The notes below the pieces were generated by a model. That model was not told the origin of the DNA, did no database searches, and saw nothing but the letters and a program-made list of their open reading frames with translations. From contig JAUNVW010000001.1 of NCBI GenBank assembly GCA_030540635.1, positions 17,973 through 81,972 on the forward strand: a stretch of 64,000 nt of DNA, read 5' to 3'. The stretch is from Tissierellia bacterium (GTDB lineage Bacteria; Bacillota; Clostridia; Tissierellales; Peptoniphilaceae). A program made the translations under genes and the position numbers. Below are positions 9,793 to 20,252 of this stretch, piece by piece. Position 1 is the stretch's first letter; each line of letters begins with the position of its first letter.

Positions 9793-10428
9793 TTAACTTG
9801 GTATTTGTTCGGTTAAAAATTTGAAATAAAATTGACTTTCATATAAATAGATTGCCCAATAAGAACAAATAAGCCCTAAAATAGTCCCAAAAGCAACGTC
9901 AGAAAACCAGTGATATCCCAAAACAACTCGTGATAAAGCAATGGCGATGCCAAGGATAAATGCCATTGTGAAAACAATAAAAAATATTTTATAACCGATA
10001 GTTAATACATAAGCCATTGTTAAATAAAAAGCCATTCCCACCGATGAGTGTCCACTTGGAAAAGAATACCCCAAATAATTTATAGCCTTTAAAACCTGTG
10101 GACGCATCCTGCGGAAAATAAATTTTGTAATATGGGTAATGAAAAACGCCGATCCTGTGGCAATTATCATCGAACTCATGGCGATATAATTACCTTGGGA
10201 ATGGAGCATGTATAATAAGGGGATCATTAATATTGTTATAGTTTCAACATTAGACATTTTTGTGATTTTATTCATTGTAAAATTTAAACGTGGATAGGGT
10301 ATTCTCATGAAGAAATCCTTAATTTTACGATCTTGATAACCTCCTGATTTCCCATGGAATTTCCAGCCGATAAAGATTAAAACAATGAAGTAAAGGATTG
10401 TAATTCCTATCATAAAGCGGTGAATCAT
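9793..10428 (-). CDS. PAP2-family membrane phosphatase
   Basis: Motifs KxxxxxxRP (RRMRP), SFPSGHSS and SRVVLGYHWFSDV. Confidence 0.8.
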   Translation of the reverse strand: MIHRFMIGITILYFIVLIFIGWKFHGKSGGYQDRKIKDFFMRIPYPRLNFTMNKITKMSNVETITILMIPLLYMLHSQGNYIAMSSMIIATGSAFFITHITKFIFRRMRPQVLKAINYLGYSFPSGHSSVGMAFYLTMAYVLTIGYKIFFIVFTMAFILGIAIALSRVVLGYHWFSDVAFGTILGLICSYWAIYLYESQFYFKFLTEQIPS

Positions 10429-11030
10429 TGGATCACCTTCTCCGTTCTTTTGTAAAATTGTCGACGTAATTGTCTATAGATTATATACCCTAAAATAAAC
10501 CCCATCAACACATCCGTTGGCCAATGAACGCCTAAAAATAATCGACTAATACCTATTACTATTCCAATGGATCGAAGGATTTTTTCTGCCCAAGATACCG
10601 TTAAAAATTGGCCAAGCATAAAATAAGCAGATAATCCTGTGGTCGAATGTCCACTGGGATAGGAGAAGCCTCCTTGATCAATGAGCATGAATTCCAACGG
10701 TCGATTTCTTTGAACCATTATTTTAATAATCGATTCAAAAATCGCCGGTAAAATTATTGCCAAAGCTAAAAATACAGCAACTCTCTTGTTTTTAATCGCA
10801 ATCAATCCAATTAATGGGATCCACAGAATAATATATCCCATGGGATCGCCAATTAGGGAAAATACTTTCATGATCTTAAGAATTCCTTCGGGCGAAGAAG
10901 TTGTATGTGCTAAAATAATCTTTTCCCACATAAATCCACCAGATTTAAATACGAGAAGGCCAAAAATTAAGACCATTGCAACGCATACGGTATCCCATTT
11001 CGTCCAAGACGGTAAATATTCCTTTTTCAT
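10425..11030 (-). CDS. PAP2-family membrane phosphatase (tandem paralogue)
   Basis: Motifs QRNRP, SYPSGHST and SRLFLGVHWPTDV. Overlaps the downstream paralogue by 4 nt. Confidence 0.8.
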   Translation of the reverse strand: MKKEYLPSWTKWDTVCVAMVLIFGLLVFKSGGFMWEKIILAHTTSSPEGILKIMKVFSLIGDPMGYIILWIPLIGLIAIKNKRVAVFLALAIILPAIFESIIKIMVQRNRPLEFMLIDQGGFSYPSGHSTTGLSAYFMLGQFLTVSWAEKILRSIGIVIGISRLFLGVHWPTDVLMGFILGYIIYRQLRRQFYKRTEKVIQ

Positions 11031-11033
11031 TTT

Positions 11034-12041
11034 TTAATTCTCCCGCGATGGATTCATCAATAAGCCTCCATAACCTAATTTCGCAATATCTCTTTTTGTC
11101 AAAGTGATATCGGCAATAGTATAGGGGAAAATTAAATCAAATACCGTTTGTTTTTCATACATAACCGAACCTGGAAGTCCCATAATTGTCGTCCCATCCT
11201 TAAAATACCCCAACAAGAACATGGCACCAGGTAATACAGGTGATCCATAAGTTATTATTTCAGCTCCTGATTCTTTAATTGCACCTGGTGTTAAATCATC
11301 GGGATCAACACTCATGCCACCGGTACAGAGGATAATATTAGCCCCCTTTTCTCTAACCACTGAAATTTTCTTAAGAATCATATCCATATCATCGTCCGAG
11401 TATTGGACATCGACGATCTCAAGTGAGTAATCGTTGCATTTTGATTCCAGTACATCTTTAAATTTATCTTCTATTCGTCCATGATACACTTCGCTACCGG
11501 TTATAACGATTCCAACTTTTTTATCTTGTAAAGGATGGACCTTTAATAACGGCTCACCTGTTTCAAAGGGAATTAAAGCGTCTAATTCATCCTTTTTTAT
11601 AAATAAAGGAATCACGCGCATACCCGCAAGTTTTGCATTTTTTTTCACAGGTACTCCTCCCCATCTTGTGGCAATCATGATGTTTTTCAATTCATTAATT
11701 TTATTGAGACGTTCAATATCCACGGTAAATAAACCATCAATATCCGAAAAAATTTCAATTTTTCCTTCGGAGATTTCTCCAGCATACATGTGCTCGTTGA
11801 TACATAGATCTTTTAGCCGAACCGCTGCATCTTCTTCAAAGATTAAATCCTCATCATTTTCGTTATCTTTCACATATAGATGGGTTTTTCCCATGGAAAG
11901 CAACCGTTGGATATCCTCTTCTTGAACGATATGCCCTCTTTTAAATTCACGTCCTTTATGAACATCTTTAACGATCCTTGTTAGATCATGAACTAGTTCT
12001 TCGCCTACGGCGTCGATTGTTTTTATTCTTTTCATCATCAC
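11034..12041 (-). CDS. Molybdopterin-binding (MoCF/MoeA-related) domain protein
   Basis: GIVITGSE...ILCTGGMSVDPDDLTP resembles the MoaB/Mog/MoeA cofactor-binding fold. The exact function is not assignable. Confidence 0.5.
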   Translation of the reverse strand: MMMKRIKTIDAVGEELVHDLTRIVKDVHKGREFKRGHIVQEEDIQRLLSMGKTHLYVKDNENDEDLIFEEDAAVRLKDLCINEHMYAGEISEGKIEIFSDIDGLFTVDIERLNKINELKNIMIATRWGGVPVKKNAKLAGMRVIPLFIKKDELDALIPFETGEPLLKVHPLQDKKVGIVITGSEVYHGRIEDKFKDVLESKCNDYSLEIVDVQYSDDDMDMILKKISVVREKGANIILCTGGMSVDPDDLTPGAIKESGAEIITYGSPVLPGAMFLLGYFKDGTTIMGLPGSVMYEKQTVFDLIFPYTIADITLTKRDIAKLGYGGLLMNPSREN

Positions 12042-12101
12042 TCATTCCTTTATAAATATTCCATGTATTAATCATAACATATGTATTCATTACAAATAAA
12101 T

Positions 12102-12125
12102 AAAACGGAGAAACTTCTCCGTTTT
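12102..12125 (-). terminator. Intrinsic terminator after lpdA
   Basis: AAAACGGAGAA-ACTT-CTCCGTTTT hairpin directly after the lpdA stop. Confidence 0.75.
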
Positions 12126-12126
12126 A

Positions 12127-13521
12127 TTAGATATTTGGTGTATTAATGGATTTACCCTCTAAGATATGGGCGGCATCCATAAATGCTTCACTAATTGTTG
12201 GATGGGCCCAAATCATATCCGACAAACCATCTACGCCAATATTATTATTCATTGCGATGGCTCCAAAGTGGATCATCGTATTTGCGTCGTATCCAACGAT
12301 ATGAACACCATAAACACTCTTCAAATCCTTCGATGCTAAAATTTTAATAAAGCCTTCTGTAGCATCCATTGAAACTGCCTTCGAGTTTCCAGAGTATAAG
12401 AATTTACTTTTTGAATATTCAATTCCTTCTTCCTTTAATTGCTCTTCGGTTTTACCGACCTGTGCAACTTCTGGAATCGTAAATATAACGGCTGGAACGA
12501 TATCAAGATTTGTTTTCGGTTCTTTTCCCGCAAGTTTTTCGACAACATGAATTCCTTGGGAAGATGCCACATGGGCCAATTGATTATTTCCAAATACACA
12601 GTCGCCGATGGCAAAGATATTATTACCCGCCTTGAAATTTTCATCAACGACAATTCCACCTTTTTTAATCTCAAGATTTGCCTTTTCTCCATCGAGATTA
12701 TCGGTATTTGGTGAACGACCCGTTGCAACTAATACTACTTCGCCTTCTGCTGTATATACTTTGTCTTTTCCTTCTTTTTTAGAGATAACTTCAAATCCGT
12801 TATCTGTTTTCTTGATTTCTTCCGCTCGAACACCTGTTCTGAAAGTCAAGTTTTCAGATCTTAGTATGGATTTCAATCGTTTTTGAATTTCACCATCAGC
12901 TGAACCTGCAAGCTCTCCACCTACAACGGTTACTTTTGTTCCAAATATTGAATAAATCGAGGCGAATTCTAAACCAATGACACCTGAACCGATGACGACC
13001 ATTGATTTAGGGATTTTCTCCATATCCAAAAGTCCAGTGGAAGTTACTACACCTTCTTGATCAATACCTTTAATTGGCGGTTTGAAATCCTTCGATCCTG
13101 TTGCAACAAGGATGTAATCAGCAGTATAATCTTCCTCGCCTTTTTCCGTTTTTACTCGAACGGTTTTTTCATCGAGAAATCGTGCTTCTCCTTCAACAAG
13201 TTTTAGATTATCATAGGAATCTAAAAGGAATCCAATTCCTTTTCGTAAACGTTCAATAACATGTTTTTTTCGCTTTAATATGAGTTCTTCGTTTAGTTTG
13301 GCCTCGTTGACTTCAATTCCAAAATCTAAGGAAATACCAATATCTTTATATAGATCTGCTATTTTCCATAGAGTCTTTGTAGGAATACAGCCCCAGTTGA
13401 GACAAGTACCCCCAAGGAATCTTTTTTCGATCAATACGACTTCCAAACCCAATTGAGCCGCCCGGATGGCAGATTCGTATCCACCCGGGCCCGCTCCGAT
13501 TACAATTAGTTTTTTAGACAT
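12127..13521 (-). CDS. lpdA: Dihydrolipoyl dehydrogenase (L-protein)
   Basis: GAGPGG FAD motif, redox-active GGTCLNWGCIPTK, C-terminal HAHPT-like WAHPTISE. Confidence 0.9.
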   Translation of the reverse strand: MSKKLIVIGAGPGGYESAIRAAQLGLEVVLIEKRFLGGTCLNWGCIPTKTLWKIADLYKDIGISLDFGIEVNEAKLNEELILKRKKHVIERLRKGIGFLLDSYDNLKLVEGEARFLDEKTVRVKTEKGEEDYTADYILVATGSKDFKPPIKGIDQEGVVTSTGLLDMEKIPKSMVVIGSGVIGLEFASIYSIFGTKVTVVGGELAGSADGEIQKRLKSILRSENLTFRTGVRAEEIKKTDNGFEVISKKEGKDKVYTAEGEVVLVATGRSPNTDNLDGEKANLEIKKGGIVVDENFKAGNNIFAIGDCVFGNNQLAHVASSQGIHVVEKLAGKEPKTNLDIVPAVIFTIPEVAQVGKTEEQLKEEGIEYSKSKFLYSGNSKAVSMDATEGFIKILASKDLKSVYGVHIVGYDANTMIHFGAIAMNNNIGVDGLSDMIWAHPTISEAFMDAAHILEGKSINTPNI

Positions 13522-14982
13522 TTACTCCCCTTTTTGATATGTTAAAATTAAGTCCTTCGCCGCTTTCGTTTCATCAGGTCTTCGTACTGGCGCATTATGT
13601 GGAGCTTCAAGCAGAATATCAATGTCTTCTTTCGCTTCTTCGGCGATTTCTTTCATTGCTTTAATAAAGGAATCTAATGTTTGTTTTGATTCCGTTTCTG
13701 TCGGCTCAATCATTAATGCTTCTGGCACAATAAGTGGGAAATAAACAGTTGGTGGATGATATCCTTTATCCAATAGACGTTTTGCAACATCATTTGTTGT
13801 TAATTGTCCATCGGCATCATCCTTTAATCCTGCCAATACAAATTCGTGTTTACAAATATCATCAACGGCTAATTTGTAATGATCTTTAAGTTCATGTTGT
13901 AAATAATTCGCATTTAATACCGCTAGGGATGATGCAAGCTTTAATCCATCATGCCCCATCGCCATAATATATGCTAAGCCGCGGATATAAATGCCAAAAT
14001 GACCGTTGAAATCTTTTACTCGACCAATGGAATGTTTAATATCATAATCTAAATAATAGTTGTCTCCATCCTTCTCAACAATTGGTTTTGGTAAATAATC
14101 TTTTAGAAATGCCTTTACTCCTACTGGTCCTGTACCTGGTCCCCCACCACCATGGGGCGTTGAAAATGTTTTGTGCACATTAAAGTGAATCGCATCAAAG
14201 CCCATATCTCCTGGACGAACCTGTCCTAAGATTGCGTTGGCATTGGCACCATCATAATAGAGTAATCCACCGGCATCATGGACGATATCTGCTATTTCTT
14301 TCATATCTGTTTCAAATAATCCTAGAGTATTTGGATTGGTCAACATGAGTCCTGCCGTTTTATCAGAAACGACCTTTTTCAAATCTTCAACATCGACGCG
14401 ACCCATTTCATTGGATTTTACCTCTACAACTTTAAAACCTGCCATTACTGCCGTTGCTGGATTTGTTCCATGGGCAGAGTCTGGAACGATAATTTCATTT
14501 CTTTGTGTTTCTCCTTGGTCTTCCAAGTATTTCTTCATGACCATAATGGCTGTAATTTCACCATGGGCACCCGCTGCTGGTTGTAATGTCATATAGTCCA
14601 TTCCTGCAACTTCACATAGATACTTTTGTGCATCATAAAGTACTTGAAGAGCCCCTTGTACCTCATCGATATCTTGCATTGGATGAATTGCTGTCATGCC
14701 GGCAAGGGAAGCCATATCTTCATTGATTTTTGGGTTGTATTTCATTGTACAAGATCCTAGAGGATAAAATCCAGTATCAAGACCAAAGTTTAAATTTGAT
14801 AAATTCGTATAGTGACGAATAACATCGACTTCCGATACTTCTGGAAGATCCAATTCTTCTTCATTTAGAATTTCTTTTGGAAGTAAATCGCTAAGCTCCT
14901 TTTCTTCTACATCTAGTGGAGGTAGACGATATCCGGTTCTTCCCGGTGTCGACAAGTCAAAGATTAATTTATTATATTTCAT
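13522..14982 (-). CDS. gcvPB: Glycine dehydrogenase (decarboxylating) subunit 2
   Basis: 486 aa with the [19 protein letters not shown]-lysine motif. Confidence 0.92.
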   Translation of the reverse strand: MKYNKLIFDLSTPGRTGYRLPPLDVEEKELSDLLPKEILNEEELDLPEVSEVDVIRHYTNLSNLNFGLDTGFYPLGSCTMKYNPKINEDMASLAGMTAIHPMQDIDEVQGALQVLYDAQKYLCEVAGMDYMTLQPAAGAHGEITAIMVMKKYLEDQGETQRNEIIVPDSAHGTNPATAVMAGFKVVEVKSNEMGRVDVEDLKKVVSDKTAGLMLTNPNTLGLFETDMKEIADIVHDAGGLLYYDGANANAILGQVRPGDMGFDAIHFNVHKTFSTPHGGGGPGTGPVGVKAFLKDYLPKPIVEKDGDNYYLDYDIKHSIGRVKDFNGHFGIYIRGLAYIMAMGHDGLKLASSLAVLNANYLQHELKDHYKLAVDDICKHEFVLAGLKDDADGQLTTNDVAKRLLDKGYHPPTVYFPLIVPEALMIEPTETESKQTLDSFIKAMKEIAEEAKEDIDILLEAPHNAPVRRPDETKAAKDLILTYQKGE

Positions 14983-16328
14983 TATAGAACCTCCTCCATA
15001 ACTTTTACGAATCGATCCATTTCTTCTTTTGTTCTTTTCTCTGTAACGGCGATAATTAAACCATCTTGTTCATCACCGGTGCAACGAGATAATCCAATTC
15101 CACCAAGAATATCTGCATCGTATAATGCTTTTTTGACTTCGTCGGCAGATTTCTCAAAGCCAATGGTAAATTCGTCAAAGAATGGTGCATCTGAAAGTTT
15201 TTTCACTTTTCCAGTCGCTAATAATTTATCATAAAGATAATGGGCTTTTTGTGTTGATTGAACGGCAACTTCACGAATTCCTTGCTTTCCTAATAACGAC
15301 ATATAAATTGCAGCAGCTAAAACGTTTAATCCTTGATTAGAACAGATATTAGATGTCGCACGATCTCTCTTAATATGTTGTTCCCTTGCCGCAAGGGTTA
15401 ATACAAAGGAACGTAATCCGTCACGGTCTTCTGTTTGACCGACTATTCTTCCTGGAATTTTTCGAATAAACTCTTTGTTAAATGTTAAAAATCCAAGATA
15501 TGGTCCACCATAACTTAATGGAATGCCCAGGGATTGTCCTTCCCCTACACAAACATCAACATTGTAATCCGCTGGTTTTTTCATGATTCCCAAGGATATG
15601 GGATCCGTAGAGAGTACAAGGTAATTTTTCTTAATACTATGAGTAATTTTTTCAAATTTCTCTACATCTTCGATATAACCGTAATAATTTGGCGACTGTA
15701 CAATAACAGTACCAACCTCATCATTTACAATTTTCTCAAGCTCTTCCATATCTGTTAACATATTCTTCATAGGCGCAACAATAACTTCATAACCTCTTGC
15801 ATGGGAATATGTTTTGAGAATTTCAATGGCCTCTGGTGCTACAGTACCAGCAATTACAATTTTTTTCTTACGGGCTTTATCAATAGTCATTAAAGCCGCT
15901 TCCATAATTGCCGTACCACCATCATATAATGATGCATTAGAGTATTCCATTCCCGTTAAATTGGCCATCATTGTTTGATATTCGAAGATATAACGCAATG
16001 TCCCTTGAGAAATTTCTGGTTGATAGGGTGTATAAGAAGTGTAAAATTCTGAACGAGAAGTCAATCGACCAACAGCCGATGGAATATAACGATCATAGGC
16101 TCCGCCACCCATAAAACAAGCTTTATCATTGGTTGTTACATTCTTATTGGCCATATTATTGAAATACTTCGCAATTTCAAGTTCAGATTTCGCTTCAGGT
16201 ATGTCAAGATCTCGATCAAATTTAATATTGTCATGCACATCGGCAAACAAATCTTCTAGTTTTTCAACGCCGATGGTTTGTAACATCTCTTGGATCTCTT
16301 CTTCTGTAAGAGAGATATAAGGATACAT
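14982..16328 (-). CDS. gcvPA: Glycine dehydrogenase (decarboxylating) subunit 1
   Basis: 448 aa. Typical GcvPA sequence ([11 protein letters not shown]). Overlaps the gcvPB start by 1 nt. Confidence 0.92.
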   Translation of the reverse strand: MYPYISLTEEEIQEMLQTIGVEKLEDLFADVHDNIKFDRDLDIPEAKSELEIAKYFNNMANKNVTTNDKACFMGGGAYDRYIPSAVGRLTSRSEFYTSYTPYQPEISQGTLRYIFEYQTMMANLTGMEYSNASLYDGGTAIMEAALMTIDKARKKKIVIAGTVAPEAIEILKTYSHARGYEVIVAPMKNMLTDMEELEKIVNDEVGTVIVQSPNYYGYIEDVEKFEKITHSIKKNYLVLSTDPISLGIMKKPADYNVDVCVGEGQSLGIPLSYGGPYLGFLTFNKEFIRKIPGRIVGQTEDRDGLRSFVLTLAAREQHIKRDRATSNICSNQGLNVLAAAIYMSLLGKQGIREVAVQSTQKAHYLYDKLLATGKVKKLSDAPFFDEFTIGFEKSADEVKKALYDADILGGIGLSRCTGDEQDGLIIAVTEKRTKEEMDRFVKVMEEVL

Positions 16329-16329
16329 A

Positions 16330-16710
16330 TTATTCCTCCTTTAGAAAATTTTCATATTCTTCGGCGGACATTAATTTGTCCAATTCCGCTGGATCGTCGA
16401 CTTTCATTTTGACAATCCATGCTTCGTAAGGTTTCTCATTTAAGATACCTGGATCATCATCTAAGTCTTCGTTCACTTCGACAACTGTACCGGAAAACGG
16501 AGTAAATACTTCCGATGCTGCTTTTACCGATTCCACGGATGCCACAGATTCTTCCGCTTCAAAATTATCCTCTTCGTCAGGAAGTTCCACATAGACAATA
16601 TCTCCTAAAGAATCCTGTGCATAATCAGCAATGCCAATATACGCATAATCATCCTCTTTTTTTACCCATTCGTGATCTTCCGTGTAGAATAAGTTTTTAT
16701 CGATATTCAT
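16330..16710 (-). CDS. gcvH: Glycine cleavage system H protein
   Basis: 126 aa with the lipoyl-lysine motif VESVKAASEV. Confidence 0.92.
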   Translation of the reverse strand: MNIDKNLFYTEDHEWVKKEDDYAYIGIADYAQDSLGDIVYVELPDEEDNFEAEESVASVESVKAASEVFTPFSGTVVEVNEDLDDDPGILNEKPYEAWIVKMKVDDPAELDKLMSAEEYENFLKEE

Positions 16711-16724
16711 TCTAAACTCCTTGT

Positions 16725-17819
16725 CTATCTATTTTTTAAATATTGTTTGGATATTACTTTAGCTTTGGAAGGCTTTTTACGAATAATAACATCGACTTCG
16801 TCACCTGTTTCGACCGAATCTTTATCGACTAATGCATTGGCAATACAAACTCCTAAGGTTGGAGATAAATATCCTGTTGTGATTTCGCCAATTTTCTTCC
16901 CATCTTTTTCAACTTCTGCACCTTGACGGGCAATTCTCTTTTTCTCCATTTGGATACCGATTAATTTTCTCTCGACACCTTTGTCGATTAATTTTTGAGT
17001 CGCTTCTTTTCCAATGAAATCGCTTTTGTCCATTTTCACCGCGAATTTTAGACCAACTTCCAATGGACTAATTTCATCCGACATTTCATTGCCATAAAGT
17101 GGCATGGAAGCTTCAAAACGTAGGGTATCTCTACATCCTAAACCACATGGTTTGACGTTGAATTCTTTTCCTTCTTCGAGTAAATCATTCCATAATTCAA
17201 CCGTGGATTCTGGAGTACCATATACTTCAAAACCATCTTCACCAGTGTATCCAGTTCTTGATACGAGAACATCGTAGTTTTTATATTTTACATTTTCTTT
17301 AAAGTGATAATAACCCATTTCCGATAGATCAATATCGACAAATTTTTGTAATAATTCTTCGGATTTTGGTCCTTGAATAGCAATTTGTCCAAATTCATCA
17401 CTTCGGTTTTCGAATTTTACATCATATTGGTCAACAAATTTAGAGAGATGATCAAAATCTTTCTTCGTATTTGCTGCATTAGGAACTAACATGAATGATT
17501 CATCGTTTCTCTTATAAACTAATAAATCATCAATAATACCACCATTCTCGTTCAAGATCATTGAATAACCCACTTGTCCATCTTCTAGTTTGCTAAAGTC
17601 GTTGGAAAGTGTATAATTTAGAAAATCCAATGCTTCTTTTCCGTCTACCATAAACTCGCCCATATGGGACACATCAAATAATCCAACGTTTTCTCGCACA
17701 GTATTGTGTTCTGGGATTAGTCCTTCATATTCTACTGGTAGATACCATCCAGCAAAGTCGACTAAATTCCCATTTAACTTCTTGTGCTCTTCATAAAGTG
17801 GTGTTTTTTTTGGACTCAT
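16725..17819 (-). CDS. gcvT: Aminomethyltransferase (T-protein)
   Basis: 364 aa. N-terminus KKTPLYEEHKKLNG..VDFAGW and GLGCRDTLRFE are typical of GcvT. Confidence 0.92.
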   Translation of the reverse strand: MSPKKTPLYEEHKKLNGNLVDFAGWYLPVEYEGLIPEHNTVRENVGLFDVSHMGEFMVDGKEALDFLNYTLSNDFSKLEDGQVGYSMILNENGGIIDDLLVYKRNDESFMLVPNAANTKKDFDHLSKFVDQYDVKFENRSDEFGQIAIQGPKSEELLQKFVDIDLSEMGYYHFKENVKYKNYDVLVSRTGYTGEDGFEVYGTPESTVELWNDLLEEGKEFNVKPCGLGCRDTLRFEASMPLYGNEMSDEISPLEVGLKFAVKMDKSDFIGKEATQKLIDKGVERKLIGIQMEKKRIARQGAEVEKDGKKIGEITTGYLSPTLGVCIANALVDKDSVETGDEVDVIIRKKPSKAKVISKQYLKNR

Positions 17820-18137
17820 TAAATACCTCCTAAATATTTAAAAATATTTTCCTATAGAGAATAATCTCTACTTCTTATTATATTGTATTCATTGGGATCT
17901 TTCAAGAATAATTAAAGTTTATGATGATATTATCGAGTGTGCTCCAGCACTTCGACAAACCATCTTCTAAAGTTATGCTTTACTTCAATTCATTTTTCCT
18001 ATGATCCCTAACTTACAGTATATTTTTACCCCATTTCTAATAATCCTATCAATTTTAAGATTCTTCTTCATCGATCATGGAAATAGTTTAAACTTAGGAT
18101 AACCTTTCCCTTTAGCTAATGAATAAGAGATTAAAAA

Positions 18138-18167
18138 AAGACAATTCCTTGATTTAAGAATTGTCTT
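18138..18167 (-). terminator. Intrinsic terminator overlapping the kinase stop codon
   Basis: 10-bp stem AAGACAATTC / GAATTGTCTT followed by a T-run on the minus strand. The stop codon at 18154..18156 sits in the loop. Confidence 0.7.
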
Positions 18168-19428
18168 TTTTAGAATTTTTCCTATTGATTTTAATATAAA
18201 AACGGATCATGGCCGTAAATAAGTCGCCATTGATATAAATATTAAACTCCCCTCCTAATAGTTCCACTAAGTTTCGAACAATATATAAACCAAGGCCACT
18301 ACCTTCGGAATGCCTCGCTCTCTCTCCTCTTACAAATTGTGCCATTAACTCATCCGGTGATATATTAAGGGCATCTTTGGAAATATTATTCAACTGAATG
18401 TCTACACGATCATCTAATACTTCCGATTTTCCATAGACTCGAGTTCCTTCTTTAGAATATTTTACAATATTTGAAAATAAATTTTCAAATACCCTGGATA
18501 ATTGATCCCCATCAATTCTCAAAGGAATTTTAGATGCAGATGAACGATAAACAAAATCAAGATCTTTTGCTACGAATTTATCATCGAATTGTCCATATAC
18601 TTGATTGATTAATTCATTAAGTTCGATATTATAGGGTTTTAACTCTATATTCCCCGTTCCCGTCTTTGAAGCATAGATTAAATCAACAATCATCGATTTT
18701 AAACGGGTTGAGTTATTGTCCACTGTTTCTAAATATCGCGCCTTTTCTTGGGGATCATCTTCATATTTCATTAAATTTATATAATTAATAATTGTTGTTA
18801 ATGGCGTCTTAATATCATGGGAAATATTGGTAATCAGTTCGGTCTTCATCCGTTCTGACTTTATTTTTTCTTCCATCGATTCGATAACCGATGATCTCAA
18901 ATCTTCAATAAGATGAAAAGTATCAAGATATACTTTATCTTGAATATCGACATGAAAATTATAGCCTTTATTCATCGCCATTACTTTTTTATTCAGCAAA
19001 ATTTTTCCAAGAGAATTTCGTATAATCGATATATATATCCGAAATGCAATGAGTAAAGCGACAATAATTCCAAAATCATTTAAAACTTCAGAGATATAAA
19101 TTAATGTTAAAAAAAACAGAAATGCCGTTATACCTGCTTCAATATATATGGATAAATATTTCATATTAAAATTTCTTAAATAAGAAATCATTAAGAAGCC
19201 ATCGATTCCTTTTTCCTTCAATGCCGTTACAATTTTGATGATCGTAAGGATAAGAACTGAGGGTAAATAAATCGTTCCAACAAATGTATTATATAAATCA
19301 TAAATTTTGAAGAATAAATCTGCAAAAATTAATCCAACGATCCATATTGCTGAAAAAATAAGCAATATATCCACAAATTGAAACTCGATATACCCATCGA
19401 TTTTTCTCCACCATTTTGCAATTTTCAT
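18154..19428 (-). CDS. Sensor histidine kinase (multi-TM N-terminus, HisKA plus HATPase)
   Basis: H-box ITNISHDIKTPLTTI, N-box FENLFSNIVKYS, G-box GSGLGLYIV. Confidence 0.85.
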   Translation of the reverse strand: MKIAKWWRKIDGYIEFQFVDILLIFSAIWIVGLIFADLFFKIYDLYNTFVGTIYLPSVLILTIIKIVTALKEKGIDGFLMISYLRNFNMKYLSIYIEAGITAFLFFLTLIYISEVLNDFGIIVALLIAFRIYISIIRNSLGKILLNKKVMAMNKGYNFHVDIQDKVYLDTFHLIEDLRSSVIESMEEKIKSERMKTELITNISHDIKTPLTTIINYINLMKYEDDPQEKARYLETVDNNSTRLKSMIVDLIYASKTGTGNIELKPYNIELNELINQVYGQFDDKFVAKDLDFVYRSSASKIPLRIDGDQLSRVFENLFSNIVKYSKEGTRVYGKSEVLDDRVDIQLNNISKDALNISPDELMAQFVRGERARHSEGSGLGLYIVRNLVELLGGEFNIYINGDLFTAMIRFYIKINRKNSKKDNS

Positions 19429-19430
19429 AT

Positions 19431-20120
19431 TTATTCCTCTAATTTATAGCCCATTCCGTAAACCGAAGTTAATTGGTCTGGTTTTCTTGGGTTTATTTCG
19501 ATTTTATTTCTCAATCTTGAAATATGTACAGAAACTATTTTCTTAACATCATACGCGGGAGCTTCCCAAACATTTTCATAAATTTCTTCAGAGGAATAAA
19601 CGCAACCTTTATTTTTGATCAATAATAATAATATTCCATATTCATAGGGTGTTAATTTCACTTCATCCCCATCGACCAATACTTCCTTTTTATTATCATC
19701 GACGATAATTCTTTTAGAAAAGTAAACACCTTCTCGATTTAAATCAGGAGATGCATTCCGTTGTATTCTCCTTAGACATGATCGTACTCTCGCCAATAAT
19801 TCAACGGCATCGAAGGGTTTTGTGATATAATCATCTGCACCTGTGTTTAGTCCCAGTACCTTATCGGATAATTCCGATTTTGCAGATAATATAATAATAG
19901 GCATATCGGACTTCTCTCGGATTATTCTTGTTAATTCAATTCCATCGACTCCAGGCATCATTATATCGACAATGGCAAGATCCACATCACAATCTGCCAT
20001 AACTTCCAATGCTTCTTCACCATTGTAAGCTTTTAAAACTTGATAATTTTCTGATTTTAAATAAATTTCTATGGCGCGAACGATATCTTTTTCGTCATCG
20101 ACAACTAGTATTTTATACAT
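19431..20120 (-). CDS. OmpR-family response regulator
   Basis: Canonical receiver (VVDDE, IVDIMMPGVDG, DDYITKPF) plus a winged-helix output domain. Confidence 0.9.
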   Translation of the reverse strand: MYKILVVDDEKDIVRAIEIYLKSENYQVLKAYNGEEALEVMADCDVDLAIVDIMMPGVDGIELTRIIREKSDMPIIILSAKSELSDKVLGLNTGADDYITKPFDAVELLARVRSCLRRIQRNASPDLNREGVYFSKRIIVDDNKKEVLVDGDEVKLTPYEYGILLLLIKNKGCVYSSEEIYENVWEAPAYDVKKIVSVHISRLRNKIEINPRKPDQLTSVYGMGYKLEE

Positions 20121-20252
20121 ATTATCACCATTCCTATACTTATTATAAGCTATTTACAAAGAAATGAATATTACAATATTACTACAATAAAGAAAGATCC
20201 GTAAATTTTGTAGTGACCCCCTAAATCCGGACATGGATTAGGGGGTACTTTT

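Noticed and set aside
17820-18136. Calling a glycine riboswitch upstream of gcvT because of genomic context
   Set aside because: I could not find the conserved cores (GGAGAG, CCGAAGGRGCAA, CUCAGGCAAAAG) on either strand. Context alone is not evidence.
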